From NCBI GenBank assembly GCA_002269645.1, contig NIVC01000692.1, forward strand, positions 309,950 to 373,949: DNA of 64,000 bases. Reading direction: 5' to 3'. The number at the start of each line of letters is the position of its first letter. Within the stretch, counting starts at the first letter, position 1. Both the position numbers and the translations under genes were made by a program. The notes under the pieces were generated by a model. The model had not been told where the DNA came from. It ran no database searches and saw only the letters and a list, made by a program, of their open reading frames with translations. The stretch is from Macrostomum lignano (taxonomy: Eukaryota). Shown piece after piece: positions 11,762 to 23,193 of this stretch.

Positions 11762-11889
11762 CTCCAGAGTTTAAGAAATCAATGGGAAACTGTTGACGCG
11801 GGCTTCTGATTTCAAAGATCTTGTCTGTGGTTGAAGGCTTCTATTCTGTTTTTGCTCTCCTGCCACACTTGCACCTACTACCCCTGATT

Positions 11890-12707
11890 GCCTCTATTTG
11901 TGACTTACTTCCCTCTTATTGCGACTTAGTTGCTTCTTTTTGCGACTTACCTAATCCTTTTTGCGACTTACTTAATCCTTTTTGCGACTTACCTAATCCT
12001 TTTACGACTTACCTAACCCTTTTGCGACTTACCTAATCCTTTTTGCGACTTACTTAATCCTTTTTGCGACTTACTTAATCCTTTTGCGACTTACCTAACC
12101 CTTTGTGACTAACCTAATCCTTTTTGCGACTTACCTAATCCTTTTTGCGACTTACTTAATCCTTTTTGCGACTTACCTAACCCTTTTGCTACTTAGCTGA
12201 TCCTTTTGCAACTTACCTGATTCTTTTTGCGACTTACCTGATCCTTTTTGCGACTTACCTAATCCTTTTTGCGACTTACCTAATCCTTTTTGGGACTTAC
12301 CTAACCCTTTTTCGACTTACCTGATCCTTTTTGCGACTTAGTTTGCTTCTTTTGCGACTTACCTGATTCCTGTTGCGACTTACCTAATCCTTTTTGCGAC
12401 TTACCTAACCCTTTTTCGACTTACCTGATCCTTTTTGCGACTTAGTTTGCTTCTTTTGCGACTTACCTGATTCCTGTTGCGACTTACCTGATCCTTTTTG
12501 CGACTTAGTTTGCTTCTTTTGCGACTTACCTGATCCTTTTTGCAACTTACCTGATTATTTTTACAACTTAGTTTGCTTCTTTTGCGAATTGTTTTTCTTT
12601 TGCTTCACCATTTTCCCTGAACTGCTCTTTCTTTCGCTTTCCTCTTGCCTTTCTTGGTTCTTGTGTTTTTCTGTTTTTGGTTGACTCAATTTTGCGACTT
12701 ACCCCTG
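11890..12707. repeat. 21-bp minisatellite (CCTTTTTGCGACTTACCTAAT)n ending in ...GCGACTTACCCCTG
   Basis: Direct tandem array to about 12590. The last motif copy at about 12695-12707 runs into CCCCTG, possibly a hAT-like terminus. Confidence 0.9.
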
Positions 12708-14165
12708 GTCAGCCACGATTTACGGTGGCCGGATCGGCCAGGTCGGCCAGCAGTTGCGCATGTATGACCCCCACTACGCAGGACCAACACAGCAAGTCTC
12801 AGTTAGTGGAATCCCCTCATTGAAATTTTTGATCAATTAAATTTCCAGTTTGAATATAAGTCAATAAAATAAGAATATATCTTAATAGATATTTTCATAG
12901 AGCCATTAGTCATAGCTCCTATTCTAATATTTTTAGCAATTATACACGGACTACTTTTCTCTGAAGCAGAAAATGAATTAGGGCTTAGGCTAAGCCAGGA
13001 AGGTGCCAGAATAATATCACCTGAATTATCACTATTTCTGCATCATGCATTGGGGATATGTTCTCCCATGAAATGCAGAAATTTTTTATCAGTAGCATAA
13101 GTTTACAGCTTAGATCTGGGAAATATAGTTGCTTTAGAGATATTTGGATAACAAATCTTATTAGATGACCAAGTTATGCCAAAATAGAGATGGGACAAAT
13201 ATTTGGAATATTTGGAATTGAATTGAATCAACTAAATTTTTAATTTGAATTGGAATCAGGAAATTGACAATCTGAATACCAAATAGTCACTTTGATATAG
13301 TACAAAGATTTGAAACAAGTCAAGACTAAGAGTTGAGCATTGATGCAGGTGTTGTGGCTCATAAATAAAGGGAAAGAGTTGGGGCTAATTATGCACTGAG
13401 GAAAGGCAGAGAGATTAAAGGTGCAACAATTGAGCATATTTTGTAAGGATTTGAGAAGGCTTTAGAATAAAATTACAAGGAATAGGGACTAATAAGTTTG
13501 AGTTTGAAGATTCAGAGTGTTAGGGGTTGTGGGCTTGTGGCTCATAAATGAGGGGATGGAATTAAGAATAGGACAATATGTGGCTATGTGCCACATATTG
13601 AAAGGCAAGGGTGCTTGAGCAGTTGCAAGTTTATTGATGCTCAGATTTGAGGCTTTAGAAAAAATAGATCATTGAATTGTTTATGGAACATGAATTTTAG
13701 GGGATGCTGATTCTTGCAAACTTGGAAATATAGGTTGCAATTAGGTCAAGATGTATTTCATTGGACAAAAAGTAAATATGCAGGCCTATTGGTCAAAGGC
13801 TAAAAGCAGGTCAAAGGCAGGCCTATTGATTCTATCTGTGGTTGCCCCTTTTGAGAATGCAGGTAGTCTCTCTATCTTAGCGAGTGACGCAACTTGCTAT
13901 GTCATGGCAGGCTTAGGTTGAGGAATGAAGTGGGGGTGCAGTGTGTGAGGGTTTTTTAGATGGATTAGAGCCACCCAATCAGTTTTCTTGTATCTTCTTT
14001 CTCAGAATAGTCCAAGAAAAATTACTCACTGACACATATAGTGGAGACTTTTCAATGTTGCTAAGTATATATAAAATTTTGAACAATTAAAAATTGATTT
14101 GGAAGTGAGTCAAATATTCAAAGATTTTTTTCATGCTTTCAATGTTTGAATTTTGAATTTGAATA

Positions 14166-14190
14166 CCCCATGGGGGCTTAATGCACTAGT
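14166..14190 (+). mobile_element. Helitron-type 3' end
   Basis: CCCC-ATG-GGGGG hairpin, 9 nt spacer, then CTAG|T. Same layout as the ends at 23190 and 26069. Confidence 0.5.
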
Positions 14191-14548
14191 TGGCTTTAAA
14201 AACATCTATGATTGATAAAACGAGGGGTTGAACAAGATATTGATATTGATCAACATAAACAAGTTTTGTGACTGTGATTATTGGTGACTATAATATTATC
14301 ATATTTATATTTGATATACATCAACCAAGCTATTAACAAGCTTAAATTATATAATAATTGTTTTTCTTTCTATTGTCATCATTTTACACATTTAAAAAAA
14401 ATAATAGTAGCACTGATAGATAGAATAGTGTAAATAGGTCTAGATACTAATTAGGCTTAATCTCAATTCTTGATCAAATTTCAATTATCTCAAAAGCATA
14501 GAATAAATCATGAAGATCTCAAAAATTTAATTGTCTGACCCTTAGATA

Positions 14549-15075
14549 AAACATATTGGCAACAAAAATGTATTACCAGACTGCAAACCAGAAGAACACT
14601 TTAAAATCATTGACCAAAGCCATACTGATGCCAAACTTAGAATTCTCGAGGCCCTGCACATAAAAGCTTAGACCCCGAATCTCAACACCCAATTACAACA
14701 TAGTGGTGCAGGTCACGTTCTCTGCATTTTCTGACCAGTGAGTGACACAGTCGTGCACATTGTGTACACTTAGCTTGACATTCAATTACTTAAGCTACCG
14801 CCCCTGATTCTGCCTTTTGACCACTGGACAAGAATTGTGTACATTTGGTTTAACTTTCATTCTCAATCTATAATTCTCTCTCCTACCTACTATACCTATG
14901 TATGTTGTTAAAGCCAAGTTGTAATCAATTGTTTTCAATCTTACCCTCCTTACCTGTGTACGTTGCAAAACCAATATTTAATCAATTGCTTTCAATCTCA
15001 ATTTCTCAAATCGTTCTAATAAAATCCTGACGATGCACCATGGCGTGCGAAATGCGTTGAAGTTGTTAGAAATTG
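14549..15075 (+). mobile_element. Penelope-like retroelement 3' remnant (GIY-YIG C-terminus plus 3' UTR)
   Basis: 14549-14734 translates KHIGNKNVLPDCKPEEHFKIIDQSHTDAKLRILEALHIKA*TPNLNTQLQHSGAGHVLCIF*, matching the PLE C-terminal pattern F.I/L..LE.L.I/P.LN. One in-frame stop. Confidence 0.8.
15012..15072 (+). ncRNA. Degenerate type I hammerhead ribozyme of the Penelope element
   Basis: Core CTGACGA (15027-33), stem II GCAC/GTGC, GAAA, then TGCGTT (GUH triplet). Flanks TTCTAATAAAATC and GAAGTTGTTAGAA are partly complementary (stem I). Confidence 0.55.
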
Positions 15076-15820
15076 CAATCATATTCAAATGTTGATATTA
15101 AGCTTTCTAAAAATGTTGTTAAAAGAAAAAACACTTCAATATTTGACATATGAAAATAGGTTCTTTTGTATTATTGAAATTGAAAAAATGGTAAGTTTTA
15201 TTATAAACAGTTTTTATAAAATTCAAAGCCAATAAAATAAACTGTTTTTCAATTAACTAATATTTTTAGATATACTTAAAATTTTGATAAAATTCTCATT
15301 GCTTTTAATTTTTTAACAAGTTAGCTTTATTGCTTCTACTAAGGAGACAACTTTTATTATTAAATTATATCTAATATTAGTGCTATAAGAAGAAAAGGGT
15401 GACAGACCAAGGTGGCCACAAAGCAAGCCCATTTCTTATTTGCTTGGAGGGAGGGGGAGTATAGGGTATGGGAATGGAAGCTCTCTCATTAATCTCCCCC
15501 TACCTCAACCTCCCCACCTTACATTTGCCCAACTATTCAGTTTTGGATAGCTTTCAAATAGTAACCAATGCATACTACTAGCAATAGACACAGATGGTTG
15601 TTATGAAACATGCATTATTTTAAAACAAGATTTCAGATTTCAGGCTTTATTAAGAGGCATCTCTTATTGGCTACAATTTAGAGGTTGATCTCATAGGCAC
15701 CCAAACTATTGGAGGTCAAAACTTTAACTTTATTATGTAAACAATCTTGGAGTCAAGTCTGAATTGAATAAATTTCATTTGAATTCTTTTCTATCTGGCT
15801 GCTTACTTTAATTTGCTCAG

Positions 15821-16700
15821 AATGACTGCAGCATTTCCATGTATGGTATGTGTGCAACCAGTTACTAATGAAGATTGTGCAATTGAATGCTCCTTGTGCC
15901 ACAATTGGCAGCATCTTGAATGCAATAGCCATGTCACACCTGCACAATATGAAGTCATGCAAGGCATTCATAAGTTTTTTTGGCTCTGCAATCAGTAAAA
16001 CTGGTCAGCAAGTATAGCAGCAGCACCTATGCACCATCTCTAGGAGGCAATTGGTAATGCACCTGTTGAATTTCTCTCTGATTTTGAAGCAGCTGCATGG
16101 CAGGCAATCCAAATTGTTTCCAGGTGCCACAATTAAAGGCTGCTTTTTTCATAATTGCCAAGCAATTTCCTGACATGTCCAGACACTAGGAATCCAGATT
16201 CAGTACCACACTGCCACTAAATTTAGGAATGTAGTGCAAATGATTATTTTCATTCCATGCTTTCCTTCTTACATCATGCTAGAAGGCTTTAATATGTACA
16301 TAGCTGCTGCAGGAAACAATCAAGCCCTCTTAGACCTTGCAGATTGTGTGTCAACTGGCTGTAGAATCCCATCTGTGGCTGAGATGACATCTGTCTTTGT
16401 CCTCTTCAAATGCTATGTTAGGACCAACAACTCAGTTGAGACATGGCATGCTGATCTCAATAGGCAAGGCAGGAGGGCCCTGAATTTCTACCAGATACTG
16501 GATCTGGTCCAAAGATATGCCAAGCATGCGCAATGGCTTGTTACATAAGTCTGCCAGGGCCAGTTCATCTACCAGCACTAGAAAGTGCATGCCTGCTATG
16601 CCAAAGTCAACGCAGACTTTGAGGACTTCTATAGGCAGGCACCTTTGCAAAGGCACAAAGTCTGTTGAGGCTTTCTTGCATGCTTGCAGCCACCTCCATG
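15821..16700 (+). pseudogene. Mutator/MULE transposase pseudogene preceded by a PHD finger
   Basis: PHD: CMVC..CSLCHNWQHLEC..FFWLC (about 15840-15995). MULE motifs 'SDFEAAAWQAIQIV(fs)PGATIKGCFFHNCQA' (from 16077) and 'RTNNSVETWHADLN'. Frameshifts and stops present. Confidence 0.8.
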
Positions 16701-17879
16701 CAGAACCCACATGGCCAAATCAAGGTGACAAAGCCTAGCTACAAAATTGAACAGTACTTCATGCAATATTGATTGTTGCATTGCTCATTAACAAAGGACT
16801 AATTTATTCAATAAATAATCCTTCATTTATCATTCATCAAGTCATCATATTTCAGCCTCAACATTGCCTTTTGCCTTTACTTAAACTGTGAATGCTGCAC
16901 TTTTAGCCACAATACACAAGTAAAATTTTAACAAGAACAAAATATTGCTTTTGCTTTTAATTAAACAGTGAATGCTGCACATTTCTGCTATACACACCTC
17001 TGCTGCCTTTTTGGATATGCGGGGGGGGGGGGTTCATTTGGCCATAGGCAGAAGCAAATTGGTGGATCTAATAGAGATAATCAGTGGCCACTGAAAATTT
17101 GCCAAGCTCTAGTGCAAAGAGAAATTAAATAGTGCAGCAACAGAATACATACTTCATGTCCAAAAAACACTCTTTGCATGTGGCAATGGCAAACAAACAC
17201 AAGTTGACACAAATTTCATATACTTGTAAACTTTATAACTTCACAAAAGTTAAAATTTCATAACTTCTAAAGTTCATAAAAGCTTTACATGGCAAAAACT
17301 GCATTGATAGCGGTTAATGTTAGTAACTTAAACACAGCCACAGTTATTTGCCCGGTAATGGTAAGATGTAAATATGCATAAAACAATAATATACAATTAT
17401 ACATGCATCTATCAATTGATTTTGATCTGATTTGATTAAAAAAAAAGTTAACTGGAAAACAGTGTGAGTATGAGTGATGTGAGTTCTCAATCTTGAGATT
17501 GAGACTCCATGAGAATTTTGCTGCACAATCTGCTCATCAAGGAAGCCAAAGTGTAGATTTGGGTTGCCTCAACAAATCTTGCCTTTGTCAACAAATTTAT
17601 GAGTTGATAAGAGAGAAATATGGGTATAAAACTGAAATTTCATGAAAAAAATCAGAGCATAGCAGTTTAGTGCAACAATAGCCCTTTTTCAGTCATAATA
17701 GTGCAGCAGTGCAGAAAATTTAGAATAGCACAAAAAGTAGAGTAAAGTCATGTTAAGTTAGGATTTGAGGCTTACCAGTAGCTAGGGTGCTATATAGACT
17801 GATAGGCATGCAAAGTCTATTTTGTCTAAAACATATATCAATATCTAGCAAACATTGGTCTCTGGCTTCTGCTTGTCTT

Positions 17880-18235
17880 CTTTGTCACTAAAGTCCATTG
17901 AAACTTCTCTGTTCTATGAAAACGTATTCTCTTTTCTATCCCACACTTTTCTTTTCTATTTTTTCTCCTATCTTAGTATATATCTTCTCTTTCCTTTCTT
18001 TTCTCATCTATCATGTATCTTAGTGTCTTCTCTCTTTTCTGATCTCTTCCTTCTTCTTTATTCTCATACTTCTTCTCTATTCTTACTCTTTTCTTTTCTC
18101 CTATTTTCTTTCTTATCTCTTCTCTTCTCTTCTATTCTTTCATCTAATTATGTTCTTTCATCTCTCGATCCTCTCTCCTCTTTTATCTTTTCTCTCTCTT
18201 CTTTCCTAGCTGGTATTTCATTTCTCCTTAATGTT
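17880..18235. repeat. CT-rich low-complexity tract
   Basis: Polypyrimidine sequence; the overlapping ORF is a compositional artefact. Confidence 0.8.
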
Positions 18236-18279
18236 TTAAGTATAGAACAGGTCATTGGCAAACATTTTACATCAATACA

Positions 18280-19699
18280 TCCTCTCTTAATACTAAAGTT
18301 GGTGCAATGTTTGTCTGTCTGTATGTTGCAATTTTTCTCCTAGACTATTTGCAACTCAGCGTTGAAACTTATATGGGTAAACTACAAATTTTCTGGGTTG
18401 GGTTTATAGCTATTTTAATCTTTCATTTTCACATTTTAAGATCCCTAAAAAAGCAGAAATAATATAACAATAGGGAATATGATACACCTTGCGCAACTCT
18501 TAGTGATTGCGCCACAACAGCTGGCCTATCTGTGTAGTGTATTCTTTTAGCTGAAGGGGTGTAACCGGGCCAGTTGGCATCAATTTTTAGTGATTACACC
18601 ATAACTTTCTCCTATCTCTGCAGTGTATTTTCTCTCCAGTGGGTGGCGCTCGCATTCTAAGTGGCTGCGTGTGTACAATCGGACCCTGGCTCAGTCGCGG
18701 ACTATATATACAATTGCACAATGATATGGCTACTGATAAGTTTTCCTGTCTCTCAATGGGCAGCCCTGTGTATTTGTTGGACATTGAAATTCAATGCATC
18801 AATTTGCAAGCAGGCAGTGAACGTACACTTGATACTTCAATTCTATAAATCAGACAGTTTCAAACGCTAACTGCTCTTCGAGTTCTAAACTTTAAGAGAA
18901 GAGACTTATACTGCTGAATAGATCTTGCAACACTGAGTTGGAGGATATAAATTGTTTGCTTTAAATAGAAAGACTAAAAGCACAGCATCAAAAAAACTAT
19001 TTCCAGACTTTTAGCTTTCTGCAAAGATTGTACTCATTTTGGGGTTCTATGGGCGTTCGACCGACCCCCCAACAGTTGGGGGTTCAATTTCTAACTGCTA
19101 CTGCGTATTGAAAAGGGGTCGGTCGCTGTGTACTGGAGGGTTGATTTAGATTGCGCAATATTTTTGTTAACTTTAACTGAGACTGATACTGACTGACTGA
19201 GAAATCGGTTGCGCAATCAATTGATTCAATTGGTTAAAAAATCAAATCAATTTTTTATTTGAACACGCAGCTGTGTTTAGGTCTAACCCTAACCCTAACC
19301 CTAACCCTAACCCCTAACCACTGAATCCTGAGAGTTGATTCTTTTTGACGGAGAAAATTTTGATTGAGTCCATTTTTATAGAGAGAATTTCTGTTTTGCG
19401 GAGATGATTTTGATGGATGTCAGTTTCACGCAGAGGATTTCCATGGAGTCCAGTTTCACGGAAAGGATTTCTGTTTCGCGGAGAGGATTTCGAAAGGTGT
19501 CCAGTTTCACGGAGAAGATTTCTGTTTCGCGGAGAGGATTTCTGTTTCGCGGAGAGGTGTTTGATCGAGTTCTCTTTTACGGAGAGGATTTCAATTCAGT
19601 TTCGCGGAGAGGATGATAGGATTCAGCTGATACATTTCAGAGAATGGAGTTCCGGTGATGGGAATTCTTTCCCTTTCTCCTCCATCGGAGGAGTTGGCC
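18280..19699 (+). mobile_element. Non-autonomous Helitron-like unit 1
   Basis: 5' A|TCCTCTCTTAATACTAAAG...GTTTGTCTGTCTGTATGTT. 3' hairpin CTCCTCC-ATC-GGAGGAG at 19677-19693. Shares an internal segment (19143-19210) with units 2 and 3. Contains (CCCTAA)n and a ~20-bp GTTTCGCGGAGAGGATTTCT repeat. Canonical CTAG not evident. Confidence 0.6.
19283..19319 (-). repeat. Interstitial (TTAGGG)n telomere-type repeat
   Basis: CTAACCCTAACCCTAACCCTAACCCTAACCCCTAACC. Confidence 0.85.
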
Positions 19700-20284
19700 T
19701 CGTATATACTAAAAATGAGTTGTCTGTGGGTATGCGATAGATTTCAGAAAAATTGGCTCAACCGATTTTCTTCAAACTTGCACCATTCGATCAGAAATTT
19801 TCCTGGGACGGTACATGCATCCTGGCTAAGAAATTTCTCAATGTTAAAGGGATTAAATATTCGAAAAACATGCTTTTTGCAAAGGTCAAGCCAATTTTTT
19901 TACTTGAAATACATTGTAAGAATACTAGAGAAGAAACTGACTGACTGAATTCCGATTGTGATAAAGATTGCATCACAACAAGTTAAAAACAGTGCCGAAA
20001 AAATGCACACACGACTTGATTTAAATTGCGTAACAAATATTTCTAACTTAAATTGAGACTGATACTGGCTGACTGAGAAATTGATTATGTCATAATTTTT
20101 TACTCTAACTGACTTGCTGTAATAATTAAATTATAAGGGCAAGAGTTCATGTTCTCGAATTGAAACAAGATAGCCTAGATGCAAACAAACTGGACTGCTA
20201 ATTTAGCAACCTGGATTCGAATCTTAGTAGTGCAAAAACATTTTTTTTATTCAAACACCCTAAAAACACAAAATGCTAAACATA

Positions 20285-21950
20285 AAAAGAGCGCAATGTC
20301 AAACATAAACGAGCCACCATGTCAGATATATTAGAGCCACCATGTCAGACAAAAAAGAGCCGCCATATCAAACATAAAAAAGCTACCATGCAAAACATTA
20401 AAGAGCTACCAAGCCAAACATAAAAGAGCCATTATGTCGATCATAAAAGAGCCACCATTTCGAACATAAAAGAGCCACCATGTCAAACATACAAGAGCTA
20501 TCATGTCAAACATAAAAGAGCCACCAGTCGAACATAAAAGAGCCACCATGCCAAACATAAAAAAGCCACAATTTCGATCATAAAAGAGCCACCATTTCGA
20601 ACATAAAACAGCCATCATGCCAAACATTAAAGAGCCACCATGTCGATCATAAAAGAGCCACCATGTCAAACATTCAAGAGCTACCATGTCAAACATTCAA
20701 GAGCCACCATGTCGAACAATAAAGAGCCACCATGTCGAACATTAAAGAGCCACCGAGTCAAACATAAAAGAGCCACCATGCCAAACATAAAATAGCCACC
20801 ATGTCGAACATTAAAGAGCCACCGAGTCAAACATAAAAGAGCTACCATGTCAAACATTAAAGAGCCACCATGTCAAACATAAAAAAGCCACCATGTCAAA
20901 CATAAAAGAGCCACCATGCCAAACATTAAAAAGCAACCATGTCGAACATTAAAGAGCCACCATATCGAATATTAAAGAGCCACCAAGTCAAACATTAAAG
21001 AGCTACCATGTCAAACATAAAAGAGCTACTATGTCAAAGTATAAAGACCTATCATGTCAAACATTCAAGAGCCATATGTCAAACATAAAAGAGCTACCAT
21101 GTCCCACAATAAAAACCTACCATGTCAAACATTCAAGAGCCACCATATCGAACATAAAAGAGCCACCATGTCAAACATTCAAGAGCCACCATGTCAAAGA
21201 TTCAAGAGCCACCATGTCGAACATTAAAGAGCCACCATGCCAAACATAAAAGAGCCGTCATGTCGAACATAAAAGAGCCACCATGCCAAACATAAAATAG
21301 CCACCATGTCGAACATTAAAGAGCCACCATATAGAACATTAAAGAGCCACCGAGTCAAACATAAAAGAGCTACCAGGTCAAACATCAAAGAGCCACCATA
21401 CCAAATATAAAAGAGCCACCATGTCAAACATAAAAGGACCACCATATCGAACATTAAAGAGCCACCATGCCAAACATAAAAGAGCCACTATTTCAAACAT
21501 TAAAGAGACACCATATAGGACATAAAAGAGCAACCATGTCAAAAATTAAAGAGCCACCATGTCAAACAACTAAGCCACCATGTCAAACAACTAAGCCACC
21601 ATGTCAAACATAACAGAGAAAACATTTCAAACGTAAAAGGGCCGCCATGGCAAACATAGAAGAGCCACCATGTCAAAAATTAAAGAGCTACCATGTCAAA
21701 CATAGCAGAGCCACAATATCAAACATTAAAGAGCTATCATGTCAAACACAAAAGAGCTACCATGTCAAACATAGAAGAGCCACCATGTCAAACATTAAAG
21801 AGCTATCATGTCAAACACAAAAGAGCTACCATGTCAAACATAGAAGAGATACCGTGTCAAACATTAAAGAGCCACCTTTTTAAACAAAAAAGAGACACCA
21901 TTTCAAACATAAAAGAAGTGTCATGCCAAACAAAGTGGAACCATTAAAAA
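20285..21950. repeat. 23-bp minisatellite (AAAGAGCCACCATGTCAAACATW)n
   Basis: Tandem array; gives the 23-aa MSNIKEPPCQ... pseudo-ORFs. Confidence 0.95.
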
Positions 21951-22119
21951 GCTAAGGAAATTGTTGCACTAGCTACTTGTTCTCTGGTGGATGCTTGCTA
22001 TTTAAGGATGGATACTTGCTATCAGGGGGATGCTTGCTCTTGGGGGTGGAGAGTACTTGCTATCTGAGAGGGGGTTGCTAGATATCTATAAGGTCTCTTT
22101 GTATCCAGGTTATGCTTGC

Positions 22120-23030
22120 TATCAGGGGTTGCTTGCTGTCTGGGGGATGCTTGCGATCTGGGGGATGCTTGCTATCTGGGGGATGCTTGCTATCTGGGGG
22201 ATGCTTGCTATCTGCGGGATGCTTGCTATCTGGGGGATGCTTGCTATCTGGGGTCTGAGGGAATGCTTGCTATCTGGGGATGCTTGCTATCTGGGGGATG
22301 CTTGCGATCTGGGGGATGCTTGCTATCTTGGGGATGCTTGCTATCTGGGGGATTCTTGCTATCTGGGGGATGCTTGCTATCTGGGGGATGCTTGCTATCT
22401 GGGGGATGCTTGCTATCTGGGGGATGCTTGCTATCTGGGAGATGCTTGCTATTTGGGGTCTGGGGAATGCTTGCTATCTGCAGGATGCTTGCTATCTGGG
22501 GGATGCTTGCTATCTGCGGGATGCTTGCTATCTGGGGGATGCTTGCTATTTGGGGTCTGGGGGAATGCTTGCTATCTGGGGGATGCTTGCTATCTGGGGG
22601 ATGCTTGCGATCTGGGGGATGCTTGCTATCTGCGGGATGCTTGCTATCTGGGGGATGCTTGCTATCTGGGGGATGCTTGCTATCCGGGGGATGCTTGCTA
22701 TCTGGGGGATGCTTGCTATCTGCGGCATGCTTGCCATCTGGGGGATGCTTGCTATCCGCGGGATGCTTGCTATCTGGGGAATTCTTTCTGGGGTCTGGGG
22801 GAATGCTTGCTATCTGGGGGATGCTTGCGATCTGGGGGGATGCTTGCTATCTGGGGGATGCTTGCTATCTGGGGGATGCTTGCTATCTGGGGGATGCTTG
22901 CTATCTGGGGGATGCTTACTATCTGGGGTCTAGGGGAATACTTGCTATCTGGGGATGCTTGCTATCTGGGGGATGCTTGCAGTCTGGGGGATGCTTGCAG
23001 TCTGGGGGATGCTTGCTATTTGGGGATCGA
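22120..23030. repeat. 18-bp minisatellite (GATGCTTGCTATCTGGGG)n
   Basis: Tandem array; gives the DACYLG/MLAIWG pseudo-ORFs. Confidence 0.97.
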
Positions 23031-23193
23031 TGCTTGAATGCTGTCTGAGGATGCTTGCTGTCTTGGGATGTTTTGTTTTTAAGAGGGAATGTCTGTTGTT
23101 TTTTATGAAGGCTTTATTTCGCGGTCTATTTGTTATCTGTAAAGAACAAGGATTCTATCCAGATGTCCCCCATCGGGGGGCAAAGATTGCTAG

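Larger units (their letters stand above)
19700..23193 (+). mobile_element. Non-autonomous Helitron-like unit 2 carrying 23-bp and 18-bp minisatellites
   Basis: Starts TCGTATATACTAAAAATGAG. Ends with hairpin GTCCCCC-ATC-GGGGGGC plus AAAGATTG-CTAG (23190-93). Internally: ~600-bp unique head, 23-bp array, 18-bp array. Confidence 0.8.

Noticed and set aside
22030-23048. 300+ aa Gly/Cys/Leu-rich ORFs (DACYLG, GGCLLS)
   Set aside because: 18-bp minisatellite open in all three frames inside a Helitron-like unit; not a keratin-associated or metallothionein-like gene.
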